Part shown: positions 51,201-60,529 of the stretch, piece by piece
Layout: each line of letters opens with the position of its first letter
Numbering within the stretch: position 1 is the first letter of the stretch
NCBI GenBank assembly: GCA_039621445.1
Contig: CP154954.1
Span: 45,177,847 to 45,241,846 of the forward strand
Direction: 5' to 3'
Length of the DNA stretch: 64,000 bases
From: Euglena gracilis
Taxonomy: Eukaryota
Notes under the pieces: model-generated
Databases searched by the model: none
The model's input: the letters and a program-made list of their open reading frames with translations, nothing else
What the model was told of the DNA's origin: nothing
Made by a program: the position numbers and the translations under genes

Positions 51201-52667
51201 GCACGGCCCTAAAAGCATTTTTTTCTGATCGAAAATGGTCCAAAAATGGCCAAAAAATACCACTTTTTGGACCCGAAATCACCGCTTTTAGGCCCCGCGT
51301 GGTGCGCACGGTCGCCCTCGGACTCCCCTCCCCCTCAGCCCCCCCCCCCCCACTGTGCCTAGCCTCCGATGCACCATCTAACAGGTAACAGGGGGTTTGG
51401 AACAAAAATGCATTCCAAGAATCAACACAAAGCGCTGAAGAAAAAAATTGGAGTTCACCATTCTCCTTCAGTTGGCCGGGAAAATTCTGGGCGGATCCTT
51501 AAAAGGGCAGAAAAAATCCTGGACAAAATTTTGTTCAGAATATTACCCACAATTTTTACCATTCAAGTGTTCCCCCTGCGATAGTGTCATCACGAAAGGG
51601 GATACACACCTGTGGTCCAAGTTTGCCATGATTGAATCTGTCAGGGGCTCCACCAATTCCTGTTCACGGATTTTGCTCACAAATCGGAGGGTGCAGCCTC
51701 GAACATATTCATTGGCGTGCTGAAGGTCATTTCGGATGAAATTGCAGACCAATATCATCTCTGGCAGCAACTTGCCAGAGGAGTCGGTTTTGTCGATGAT
51801 CTCCAGAAAATAAAGAGTCAACTTCTTCAATTTGTGATCTTGCTTAACACCAGGCTTGATTTGACGAAGGATGGACCTTACGCAGAGTGATGACCTCAGG
51901 GTTAGGGAGGAAACTTCCTACTTCCTACGACTAGTGACCTGTTCTTTCCGATGTGGTGACCATTGCGGTACTTGTCTGTTATCGTACGACGGACCCCCCC
52001 CCTTTCGGTTATGGTACGACACCCCTTTTTTGGGTTTTTTAGGGTTAATTAAAGGAATAGGGTTAGGTGCGCACATGCATGTTTGCGCTACATGGCCACG
52101 TTGCGCTACATGGCCACGTTGCGCTACATGGCCGTGTAGCGCAACGTGGCCATGTAGCGCAACGTGGCCATTAGCGCACCTAACCCTACTCCTTCAATAA
52201 CCCCAAAATAGCGCTACATGGCCATGTAGCGCTATTTTGGGCGCTTCGCGGCCATGTAGCGCAACGTGGCCATGTAGCGCAACGTGGCCATGTAGCGCAC
52301 TGTAGCATGAGCGCACCTAACCCTACTCCTTCAATAACCCCATAACAACCCAAAAAAAGGGCGTCGTACCATAACCGAAAGGGGGGGGGTCCGTCGTACG
52401 ATAACAGACAAGTACCACCATTGCTTTTTCACCGCTTACCTTGACCCTTCAAACACGAGCCTGGCTGGGCAGCACAAATCGGATGAAAGTCATCAGCATG
52501 GCACTTTGAGGTTCACCATTGAGATGGAGCATGATCATCTGCTTCATGTGCTCAACTTGGGAATCCGTGTTGCCCTTTTCCAGAGCCTCCTTCAATTCCT
52601 TTTGGCCAATGTGGACACCATCATAATGGATGAGCTGTGTGCACTGCGTCTCTTGAGTTTGTGACAT
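15167..52667 (-). CDS. COPB1: Coatomer subunit beta (beta-COP), complete 26-exon gene, 952 aa
   Basis: Exons in transcript order: 52467-52667, 51610-51845, 50549-50580, 50123-50173, 47988-48019, 47630-47707, 47407-47526, 47152-47333, 46592-46757, 45471-45570, 44411-44523, 41659-41760, 40723-40788, 39300-39377, 39014-39105, 33320-33434, 32583-32717, 28181-28322, 26769-26833, 26089-26144, 25851-25957, 24149-24286, 23498-23600, 22496-22630, 17945-18046, 15167-15278. They sum to 2859 nt with all phases compatible. Hallmark beta-COP motifs are in order: [104 protein letters not shown]. Confidence 0.96.
16007..17316 (+). mobile_element. Diverged solo member of the same family
   Basis: Starts caggctgtgtatggagctgagctcttt; ends gctcttgctctaaagagataaaagctcagcgcc. 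Confidence 0.65.
17945..18046 (-). CDS. COPB1: beta-COP exon 25
   Basis: [37 protein letters not shown]. Confidence 0.95.
18085..19480. mobile_element. Non-autonomous hAT-like element with subterminal (TTTTAGGCCA)n arrays
   Basis: 13-bp TIR CAGGCACCTATAG/CTATAGGTGCCTG; perfect 8-bp TSD gtggcagc; short relative at ~30692-30802. Confidence 0.9.
22496..22630 (-). CDS. COPB1: beta-COP exon 24
   Basis: [26 protein letters not shown]...TNM; AG/GT. Confidence 0.96.
23006..23403. mobile_element. hAT-like MITE (CAGGCTT...AAGCCTG)
   Basis: Imperfect TIR, degenerate 8-bp TSD gtcgtttt/gtctgttt; relative at ~26183-26567. Confidence 0.7.
23498..23600 (-). CDS. COPB1: beta-COP exon 23
   Basis: (G)[37 protein letters not shown]. 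Confidence 0.95.
24149..24286 (-). CDS. COPB1: beta-COP exon 22
   Basis: (H)[21 protein letters not shown]...NIKVSSTDT. Confidence 0.95.
24287..25850 (-). other. Nonconventional intron 21
   Basis: C|accCAAggca...tgccTTGggatc|AT; 9-bp stem; restores NQSSHLLQ. Confidence 0.87.
25851..25957 (-). CDS. COPB1: beta-COP exon 21
   Basis: [35 protein letters not shown]; nonconventional donor. Confidence 0.95.
26089..26144 (-). CDS. COPB1: beta-COP exon 20
   Basis: [18 protein letters not shown](R); required for phase; AG/GT. Confidence 0.87.
26769..26833 (-). CDS. COPB1: beta-COP exon 19
   Basis: (D)[21 protein letters not shown]; cag/gtaag. Confidence 0.87.
28181..28322 (-). CDS. COPB1: beta-COP exon 18
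   Basis: [16 protein letters not shown]...[14 protein letters not shown]; tag/GT. Confidence 0.92.
31133..31376. mobile_element. hAT-like MITE (244 bp)
   Basis: CAGGGGTTTTTT...AAAAAACCCCTG; TSD ccccgggg on both sides. Confidence 0.85.
32583..32717 (-). CDS. COPB1: beta-COP exon 17
   Basis: [33 protein letters not shown]...; AG/GT. Confidence 0.94.
33320..33434 (-). CDS. COPB1: beta-COP exon 16
   Basis: [23 protein letters not shown]...; AG/GT. Confidence 0.94.
33736..34009. mobile_element. MITE with CAGGGCAGAACGGGAA TIR
   Basis: 16-bp TIR; near-TSD caccccac/caccccca; relatives at ~19616-20203, ~31780-32483 and from ~38370. Confidence 0.75.
35355..38082. mobile_element. Foldback-type DNA element rich in TTGCGC-N4-GCGCAA palindromes
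   Basis: TIR ttaggcggcctaactcgca/tgcgagttaggcctcctaa; flanking direct repeat gccgttc; internal inverted repeats at ~35790-36135 and ~36977-37450. Confidence 0.75.
39014..39105 (-). CDS. COPB1: beta-COP exon 15
   Basis: [30 protein letters not shown](R); AG/GT. Confidence 0.92.
39300..39377 (-). CDS. COPB1: beta-COP exon 14
   Basis: [30 protein letters not shown], phase 0-0, poorly conserved linker. Confidence 0.75.
40723..40788 (-). CDS. COPB1: beta-COP exon 13
   Basis: [26 protein letters not shown]. Confidence 0.9.
41659..41760 (-). CDS. COPB1: beta-COP exon 12
   Basis: [38 protein letters not shown]. Confidence 0.94.
41800..42101. mobile_element. hAT-like MITE (same family as 48187-48447)
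   Basis: gcttgtgctta...taagcacaagcctg; near-TSD gaccccat/gaccctat. Confidence 0.75.
42600..42675. repeat. (TATAG/TATAT)n pentamer microsatellite
   Basis: Directly visible. Confidence 0.85.
43200..43547. repeat. C-run/G-run MITE-like repeat (CCCCCCCTAATTG...CAATTAGGGGGG)
   Basis: Repeated inverted motifs; relatives at 53277-53485 and 56572-56741. Confidence 0.55.
44411..44523 (-). CDS. COPB1: beta-COP exon 11
   Basis: [41 protein letters not shown]. Confidence 0.95.
45471..45570 (-). CDS. COPB1: beta-COP exon 10
   Basis: [37 protein letters not shown]. Confidence 0.95.
46592..46757 (-). CDS. COPB1: beta-COP exon 9
   Basis: [28 protein letters not shown]...[17 protein letters not shown] flanks. 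Confidence 0.95.
47152..47333 (-). CDS. COPB1: beta-COP exon 8
   Basis: [18 protein letters not shown]...TAIREAA...[12 protein letters not shown]. Confidence 0.95.
47334..47406 (-). other. Nonconventional intron 7 (73 nt)
   Basis: TTC|gactgggaaga...tcttcccagcccc|AAT; 9-bp perfect terminal stem in the same register; restores VIFNLL. Confidence 0.88.
47407..47526 (-). CDS. COPB1: beta-COP exon 7
   Basis: [40 protein letters not shown]. Confidence 0.92.
47630..47707 (-). CDS. COPB1: beta-COP exon 6
   Basis: [28 protein letters not shown] donor. Confidence 0.92.
47708..47987 (-). other. Nonconventional intron 5
   Basis: TCC|tgcCAGgcag...ttgcCTGcccca|GAT; restores KESDVTTKRN. Confidence 0.8.
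47988..48019 (-). CDS. COPB1: beta-COP exon 5 (32-nt microexon)
   Basis: (E)[10 protein letters not shown]; fills the exact gap in the alignment; both flanks nonconventional. Confidence 0.8.
48187..48447. mobile_element. hAT-like MITE (261 bp) nested in nonconventional intron 4
   Basis: catgcttgtgctta...taagcacaagcctg; perfect 8-bp TSD ggaggggg. Confidence 0.85.
48933..49834. mobile_element. Merlin-like foldback MITE containing TTAGGG/CCCTAA repeats
   Basis: 29-bp TIR GGTACTTGTCTGTTAGTCGATCCACGGCA; A8 on both flanks. Confidence 0.8.
50123..50173 (-). CDS. COPB1: beta-COP exon 4
   Basis: (C)[16 protein letters not shown]; both flanks nonconventional. Confidence 0.88.
50174..50548 (-). other. 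Nonconventional intron 3
   Basis: T|atgCAAggagttcc...ggaacttaTTGatttt|GT; restores VLCLMAVY. Confidence 0.85.
50549..50580 (-). CDS. COPB1: beta-COP exon 3 (32-nt microexon)
   Basis: [10 protein letters not shown]; cag acceptor, nonconventional donor. Confidence 0.9.
51610..51845 (-). CDS. COPB1: beta-COP exon 2
   Basis: [17 protein letters not shown]...[27 protein letters not shown]...NLDH; GT donor. Confidence 0.95.
51846..52466 (-). other. Nonconventional intron 1
   Basis: CCC|agcCAGgct...agcCTGgtgtt|AAG; no GT-AG; paired ends; restores LPKQDH. Confidence 0.88.
51967..52416. mobile_element. Merlin-like foldback MITE nested in nonconventional intron 1
   Basis: TIR >60 bp starting GGTACTTGTCTGTTATCG; 8-bp TSD accattgc; internal 20-bp tandem repeats. 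Confidence 0.88.
52467..52667 (-). CDS. COPB1: beta-COP exon 1
   Basis: MSQTQE...[39 protein letters not shown]; ends at a nonconventional donor. Confidence 0.93.
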
Positions 52668-52682
52668 TGTTGTTGTTGAGTG

Positions 52683-52697
52683 CTGATTGAGAAAGGG
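52683..52697 (-). promoter_or_regulatory. Candidate spliced-leader trans-splice (or 5'UTR cis) acceptor of beta-COP
   Basis: Minus strand ccctttctcaatcag| lies 15 nt upstream of the ATG; euglenozoan mRNAs are SL trans-spliced. Confidence 0.45.
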
Positions 52698-53032
52698 TGC
52701 AAGTCAGTTCACCTCAAAAAAAAGACCAGTTGGCAGCCCCCATTTTGTTTGCTGTGGTATGATCCCAATCGTCAGGTGTGACATACATCACCCCCCCATT
52801 GTCCTTTGCACCTCAAAGTACGGGTGGTCAGTTTTTGAAACCCAGTCGCCCACTTCCAACTCAGGGTCAGGGTGCTTCCTCCCCCCACCTGTGATGTGAA
52901 ACACTTGCATATGAGCGGGAATTGGCTATGGACTTTTGGGTGGTCGCACCAACACATGCAACCAGCCGCCAGCGAGCACGATGGTGGCATGATGGTCTGG
53001 ACGACCATCCTCCCCACGTTGAAAAAAAATTC

Positions 53033-53211
53033 GGTCCTTGTTCACTGCACGACCGCCAGTTTATTATGGCGTTATTTGAAGGAGTAGGGTTAGGTGCGCA
53101 CATGGCCATGTTGCGCAACATGGCCATGTGCGCACCTAACCCTACTCCTTCAATAACCCTAAAAATTCCGACTTAGAAAAATTTCGGGCGGTCGTGCAGC
53201 GAACAAGTACC
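53033..53211. mobile_element. Merlin-like MITE upstream of beta-COP
   Basis: ggtccttgttcactgcacgaccgcc / ggcggtcgtgcagcgaacaagtacc; 8-bp TSD aaaaattc. Confidence 0.85.
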
Positions 53212-54072
53212 AAAAATTCAATTCCTCCTCCAGCTCAATTGGTTGAAAAGTCACAAGGCCTGAAACCAACCTACCACCCCCCCCCCCCTAATTGACCGTG
53301 GGACCTCTCCACGGGACCCCCCTTTTCGTCAATTAGGGGGGGGGTTCAATTAGGGGGGGGGTTGGTTAATTAGGGGGGGGTACCGTCAATTAGGGGGTGC
53401 TTCAGCACAGAATCCCCCCGGGCAGTCAATTAGGGGGGGGGTCGAAAAAATTTTCCCCGGGGCGTTGGTCAATTAGAGGGGGGGGTCAATTTGGGGGGGG
53501 GGAGGTGGTAAAGCCAAAATTTTAGGGTGCAACTGTCCGACGTACTGCAGCGAGAGCCCCCCCCCCCCGTGTCCCCAACCCCAGTGTCATTGGCGGCCAA
53601 CAGTCCCCAGCCACCCCCCAGCCCCCAGGCCACAAACCTGCTCCTAAACCCTCCCCAAGGCCCGGCATTCATTGCTGGGTGTTTGCAATTTTTTCTTCAA
53701 CAGAGATATGAAACAAAAATGGGCCCTGGGCGGCTGATTGGCTATGAAGATCCTGGAGGTCGGGCCGACCATGGTCGGCCCGACCTGGCCGTTATCGACC
53801 ATTGAAGGTCGGGCCGACCAGGTCGGCCCGACCTCCAATCAATGAATTTGGCAAGGTCGACTCGAATAAAAGACCATTCCGACAATTCGACACCGTCTGA
53901 ACGTCTTTCTCCGTCTTTTTCGCCCTGAAAAAAACCTCACGAAAAGACACGCGGTTCGACGCTAATCCGACTTTCAATGCCGCGAACAAAAAAAGTGCCC
54001 GGAATTGGTCAGAAACATCACGAAAAAAAGGCACCCGATTCGACGCTAATCCGACTTTCACCATCTCCAGCT

Positions 54073-54890
54073 ATGACAGGCGGCCGCCGACTGGCGGAGT
54101 TTGGGTTTATTATATTCGCCAGCCAGTCGACGAGAAGGGGGCCGGCCGTGAAGGCCATATGCCGCGGATGCGGCCAGGATAGAAATGGTTACTGCATTTG
54201 GATGCATTTGGACTGGTGTACTGAAGTTGGAGAAGTCCAGCTGCATGGTTGCAGCAGGTGAAGCTCAAGGTTTGCTTTTTTCTCCCCCTGCTTTTTCTCA
54301 TTTGTTCCCTTGGTAGGGTGCACTGGAGTCAGTTGACACCCCTGATGGGGTTGTGTGCTGGTTCATTGGGATTTGGATGTCCAGTCACAATGTTGCTAGC
54401 TCAAGGTTTGCTTATTTCTCCCTTGCTATGTCTCATTGTTCCCTTTACAGGGTCAACTGACACCCCTGGTGGGGTTTGGATTTGAACTTAAGACACCAGG
54501 TGGACCTGATCCTGCCCGGGTGGTATGGTGTCATTCCAACACAAAAAAAAAAGAGAAACCAGCAGTCAGTGCCTTTGATGTTGCTGGCTGGGTGAGAATG
54601 AGCATTTGGATATTGAGTGAACTCACACAGGGTTTCGCAGTGGTATGTTTTTTGTGTGTGTGTTTTAATTCCTTTGTTCTTCAGGCTGAAAGCGAACAAG
54701 ATGGACGACCCTCCCCTGTTCATGTCGTTGATGTGTGTATTTTTATTTTGTTCTTTATATTGCAAAAAAACTCCACAGGGTCCTCGTGAGGCAGAGCCCC
54801 TCTTCCGTGAGCCTCAAGAAGAGGCCCTTCGTGATACCGAGCAAGTCTGTGAGCCACAACAACAGCCCAGCCTGTAGCCAGGTACGGCAC
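54073..54890 (+). CDS. Possible fragmented start of a divergently transcribed gene, product unknown
   Basis: ctccag|ctATG context; exon-like, homopolymer-poor segments bounded by AG/GT (e.g. 54779-54890); no complete ORF could be assembled. Confidence 0.25.
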
Positions 54891-55585
54891 AGCCTGCGTG
54901 TGGCTAATGCGAAACGGCAGCAAGGCTGTTCGGTTCACCAAAGAACAGTTAATTGACTAGGACCCCCCCAGTTATTTGATTGATTGCCCCCCGAACAGTT
55001 AATTGCAGTTAATTCCAAAAAAATGAATTTCATTATATTCTTGCAGTTCTTCTTCAAGATGACATCATGGGTATGGTAACATTTTCAAAAGAATGGCTCC
55101 ATGGCACGATGCAAGGTGCTTGGCCTGAACAACAAGGAGTGTGGGGAGCAATCTGCCCATGCTCTCGTGTTTGTGAGAATGAACGTTGTCCCTCTCGGTG
55201 TGATCTCCGTTTGAAAAGCAAGCTTCTCAAAAAAAAAACTCATGAAAAGCAGCTCCTCAAAAAAAATAATCAAAAGAAGCTCCTATAAAAAAACATCAAA
55301 AGAAGCTCGCTCCTCAAAGAACATCTCAAAAAAAAAAGCTCCTGTAAAAAAAAACAACTCTCGGAGCATCCAGAGTTGCCGGGGACCCGCCTGAAGAGAA
55401 AACCCCGGCCAAAAAAACAACAGCAGGGGAGCCGCAAAGCAGGAGCATATAATATATCGAGAACTGTGTCCCAAACGCCGGTTCGGGCGTGAAACCTGTG
55501 CCTCGGACGCCGGTTCGGGCGGTAGCCCGAACCGGCGTCCCAGGCACAGGTTTCACGCCCGAGCCGGCGTTTGGGACACAGTTTT

Positions 55586-56353
55586 TGAAACCGTGTATCG
55601 GGGGCTCTGGTTTCACGCCCGAACCGGCGGCCGAGGAATCACGGCCAATTTCGCCCAAAACAGCCATGTTTGGGGCAGTTTTGGGCGACTTTGGCCCAAA
55701 TGGGCCGCCGGTCAAAAATGGCAAATTCCACACTGAGGAAGCCATGTTACCCATCAATCGGAAGCTCTTCTCAAGAACTTTCGACAGATGGCCACAAGAT
55801 TCGGCCATAATGCACGCAGCGCTTATTTTTAGCGATCGTGTCTTCCAAAATTTGACATCCTAATTTGTCAAATCCCACAGCTCAGGTTGCATATTGCATA
55901 TCAAACGAAAGGTCTCGCCAACACCTTTCGCTTGGTACCTACAGAACTCAGCCAGATTGCAAAGCGCCCTCAAAATCAGCGATCACATTTTTCCGCATTT
56001 TTCGGACCCCATTTGCATATCTGAGATTGCACTTTTCAGCTGCGATGTTGCCCATCGATCGAAAGCTCTTCTCAAGGGCTTTCTGCAGATGCCCTTAGAT
56101 TTCTGCCATGCTGCGTGGTATTCTACTTCAGAAATTCTCCAAAATTGGCCAAAAGGAAACAAAACCACAAAACCCCCCAATTTTTGCCCCAAGACCACCC
56201 AAAAACTGCTCAAATATGATTGCCACCTGTCTACAAACCCTTTGGACACTTTTTGGCACTTTTTATTTTGGGTCCCCAGACGCTGGTTTCCCGCCCGAAC
56301 GCGTCCTGGACGCCGGTTCGGGCGTGAAACCAGAGCCCCCATACACGGTTTCA
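55586..56353. mobile_element. TIR element (TGAAACCGTGTAT..., ~42-bp TIR)
   Basis: tgaaaccgtgtatcgggggctctggtttcacgcccgaaccggcg is inverted at 56311-56353; adjacent hairpin 55461-55583. Confidence 0.65.
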
Positions 56354-56889
56354 GGCGGGGGCCTGTGGTGGCTCACAGGTCAGCATCACAATAATGTGGG
56401 GCTGGTGCAGCCATGGAACTATTTGTTACTAAAGTCCGGGAGAGCGCCTAACCTTCATTTTTGAACAGTTAACTAGTTAACTAGATAGGCCCCAGTTATT
56501 TAATTGACTGCCCCCCCGACAGTCAATTAATTGATCACCCTTGACGGCAGCGCAGGGGATGAAGTCATATACCCCCCCCTTTATTGTCCCCCCCCCTTTA
56601 TTGTCCCTGGGCCCCGGCCGAGGGGGGGTTTTTTTGGCCCGGCCAATGAAATTCCTTTGGTACCCCTTTATTGTCCCCCCCCCCTTATTGTCCGGTCGGG
56701 CCTCCCGGGGGCAGGTCGGTGGGACAATAAAGGGGGGGGGGTACCATGCCCCCCCCCCATATAAGACCAGGTTTTGAATAGTGCTGAGCTCTTAATAAGC
56801 GCACACCCACCCCTTCATTGACCCCTCCATACATACTGGCACACCCCATGGAGCTCTTTTGACTGAAATTCATGTGTTTGTGCCAGAAA

Positions 56890-58035
56890 CATGGCGCTGG
56901 CGGGTCGAAAAACGCTCGTTTTCGGCTCAAAACCAGTTTTTCCGGGTCCGGGAGGCCAAAAAACGTCGTTTCGGGCAAAAAAAAATTTTCCGATTTTTTT
57001 CGACTTTTTTGACCCGGTTTTGACCCAAAGTCAATGGGTCGGCGGCCCAAAACGGGGCGCCGGGGGGTTGAAAAACGCTCGTTTTCGGCTCAAAAACAAG
57101 TTTTTCTGGGTCTGGGAGGCCCACCCCCCCCCCCTAACCCCCCCCCCTCAAAACATGCGTTTAAAAAAAAACAAAAAAAAAAAAAAAAAAAAAATTTTCC
57201 GATTTTTTTCGACTTTTTTGACCCGGATTTGACCCAAAGCCAATGGGTCGGCGGCCCAAAACGGGGCGCCGGCGGGTCGAAAAACGCTCGTTTTCGGCTC
57301 AAAAACTGTTTTTCCGGGTCCGGGAGGCCCAAAAACATCGTTTGGGGCCAAAAAAATTTTTTCGATTTTTTTCGACTTTTTTGACCCGGTTTTGACCCAA
57401 AGTCAATGGGTCGGCGGCCCAAAACGGGGCGCTGGCGGGTCGAAAAACGCTCGTTTTCGGCTCAAAAACAGTTTTTCCGGGTCCGGGAGGCCAAAAAACA
57501 TCGTTTCGGGCAAAAAAAAATTTTTCGATTTTTTTCGACTTTTTCGACCCGGTTTTGACCCAAAGTCAATTGGTCGGCGGCCCAAAACGGGGCGCTGGCG
57601 GGTCGAAAAACGCTCGTTTTCGGCTCAAAAACAGTTTTTCCGGGTCCGGGAGGCCAAAAAACATCGTTTTGGGCAAAAAAAAATTTTTTGATTTTTTTCG
57701 ACTTTTTTGACCCGGTTTTGACCCAAAGTCAATGGGTCGGCGGCCCAAAACGGGGCGCTGGCGGGTCGAAAAACGCTCGTTTTCGGCTCAAAAACAGTTT
57801 TTCTGGGTCCGGGAGGCCAAAAAACGTCGTTTCGGGCAAAAAAAATTTTTTTGATTTTTTTCGACTTTTTTGACCCGGTTTTGACCCAAAGTCAATGGGT
57901 CGGCGGCCCAAAACGGGGCGCTGGCGGGTCGAAAATCGCTCGTTTTCGGCTCAAAAACAGTTTTTCTGGGTCCGGGAGGCCAAAAAACATCGTTTTGGGC
58001 AAAAAAAAAATTTTCGATTTTTTTCGACTTTTTTG
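56890..58035 (+). repeat. 163-bp tandem satellite
   Basis: Period shown by near-identical spurious ORFs starting at 57422, 57585, 57748 and 57911; further copies in other monomers and at 14640-15050 (-). Confidence 0.9.
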
Positions 58036-58689
58036 GCCGAAAACGGCTAAGTCGAACAGAGGGGAAAGTGTACAAAATGGCCTGAAATGGCCAAATTGGC
58101 CAAAAAAACGCCTGTATCTCGGGCTGGGCGGGGAGTTGCGGGGAAACCAAAATCCCAGTAGATAGAGCGTTCCAAGGGCTTCAATTTAGGTCTCTGGACA
58201 TTTCCTTTGATTTTGCACCATTTTCGAGAAATTTTGAAAACATCGATTTTTTGACCCCCCACCCCCCGAAAACGGCGAAGTCGAACAGTGGGAAAAGTGT
58301 ACAAAACGGGCAGCTGCGCCGAAAACGGCCGTATCTCGGGCTAGGCGGGGAGTTGCGGGGAAATCAAAATACCGGTGGATGGGGCGTTCCAAGGGCTTCA
58401 AATTAGGTCTCCGGACATTTCCTTTGATTTGGCTTCATTTTGGAGATATTTTGAAAATTGACATTTTTTGGCCGAAATGGCAGAGTCCAAGGGGGGGGGG
58501 GGCTTATCCAGGGGGGGCGGGTAAATCCTACCGAGTTTGGACCCCTTCGCGCGTGAATAACTCAGGCCTGGCGGGGAGTTGGGGGTCAAACCCAGGTGAT
58601 TCGGAAACTAGGAATCCAGTCGCTCGCGACTGAAAAAAAAAATTCCGGCAACCGGGCCGGGATCATGGTGATAATCCGTCGGTTCCCCC

Positions 58690-58726
<37 letters not shown>

Positions 58727-60493
58727 GGGGGGAGGGGGGGGGGGGTTTCGCCAGGGGTAAGCTTCGCTCTTACCCATAAAGGGATAAGAGCTCAGCGACC
58801 AGGGTGTGACGTAGAGCTGAGCTCTTTGGGAGACCACCCCGGCCCGGCCCGGGAAAAACGCTCATTTTCGGCACAAAAACAGTTTTTCTGGGTCAGGGAG
58901 GCCAAGAAAACATCGTTTTGGGGCAAAAAAATTTTTCGATTTTTTTCGACTTTTTTGACCGGTTTTGACCCAAAGTCATGGGTTGGTGGCCCAAAACGGG
59001 GCGCTGGCGGGTCGAAAAACGCTCATTTTCGGCTCAAACACAGGCTTTCCGGGTCCGGGAGGCCAAGAAAACATCGTTTTGGGGCAAAAAAAAATTGTCC
59101 ATTTTTTCGACTTTTTTGACCCGGTTTTGACCCAAAGTCAATGGGTTGGCGGCCCAAAACGGGGCGCCGGCGGGTCGAAAAACGCTCATTTTTGGCTCGA
59201 AAACACTTTTTTCGGGTCCGGGAGGTCAAAAATCATGGTTTTGGGCAAAAAAAAATTTTTCGATTTTTTTCGACTTTTTGACCCAAAAAATGGCTAAGTC
59301 CACCGGCCAGGGGGGTGGGCCCCAGCCACGGGGGGCAGGGGGGGGGGGGTCCGGGTCGGAAAAAATTTTTTGGCCCAAAAACACTTTTTTGATGTTCTGA
59401 AGTGAAAAAAAGTGTTTTTGAGCGAAAAAAATTTTTTCAAAATTTTCGGTCCCGACCTGCCACCCGACCCCCTCTCGCCCAGCCGCCCTCGGACCCCTAC
59501 AGGGCCCCCGAATACCCAAAACTGGCCCAAAATCGCACAACCAGGCCCCGGGAACCCCAAAAAACGGTCAAAACCCCCCCCTAAACCTAATGATTGACCC
59601 CCTGGTTTGGGTCCCAACTGTCCGTCTAGCCCGAGATACGGCCAATTTACGGTTTCGGGCCCTGAACGGGCCAGAACTGGCAAAACTGGCCCAAAACCCC
59701 CAAAACGGCCGGATCTCGGGCTAGGCGAGGAGTTGTCCCAAATCGCGCATACCGATCGATAGGGCGTTCCAAGGTCGTCAAATAAGGTCGTCATCACTTT
59801 TCCTCAACTCCGCAGAGTTTTCGAGATATTTTGAAATTTTCGATTTTTGGACCCCAACCCGGCCGCCGTCGAACCCCCGCAGGGGTCCCCGAATGCCCAA
59901 AACTGGCCCAAAATGGCACAACCAGACCCCGGGAACCCCAAAAAACGGTCAAAACCCCCCCCCTAAACCTAATGATTGACCCCCTGGTTTGGGCTCCAAC
60001 TCCCCGTCTAGCCCGAGATACGGGCAATTTACGGTTTCGTGCCCCGAAACCCAAAACTGGCCAAAACAGGCCCGAAACGGCCAAAACTGGCCAAACTGGC
60101 CCAAAACCCCAAAACGGCCATAACTCGGGCTAGGCAAGTAGTTGGCCCAAACCGCGCATACCGATCGATCGGGCGTCCCAAAGTTGTGGAAGGACGTCCT
60201 CTTCACTTTTTCTCAACTCCCCAGCGTTTTCGAGATATTTTGAAATTTTCGATTTTTTGACCCCAAAATGACCCTGAAATTTCCCCGGAAAAAAAAACGG
60301 TAGACAACTTTTTTGCTCAGGCCATATCTCCGGACTGGCGGGGAGTTACGGGCACCCGAAGTGCTCTGGAGAAACTAGGGAACCTCTCCTAACCTATAGG
60401 CTATTCACTTTGGGGGCCCGGAAATCCAATCACATCGATAATCCTCGGGTGCCCCGACCTACCCAGGGGGGGGCGGGGGGGGGCGGGGGGGGG

Positions 60494-60529
<36 letters not shown>

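Noticed and set aside
24287-52466. Surviving 8-bp TSDs at the six coding nonconventional introns
   Set aside because: Checked at introns 1, 5 and 21 (e.g. tgcccagc vs gtgttaag) and found no match, so direct evidence of TE origin for these introns is absent.
15167-52667. beta-COP as a fragmented pseudogene
   Set aside because: All 26 exons join in frame to a full-length 952-aa protein once nonconventional junctions are used.
53940-54060. tRNA gene suggested by a GGTTCGA B-box-like motif
   Set aside because: No cloverleaf could be folded.
54073-54260. DPM3 assignment for the possible second gene
   Set aside because: Only a vague N-terminal resemblance; the conserved C-terminal motif was not found.
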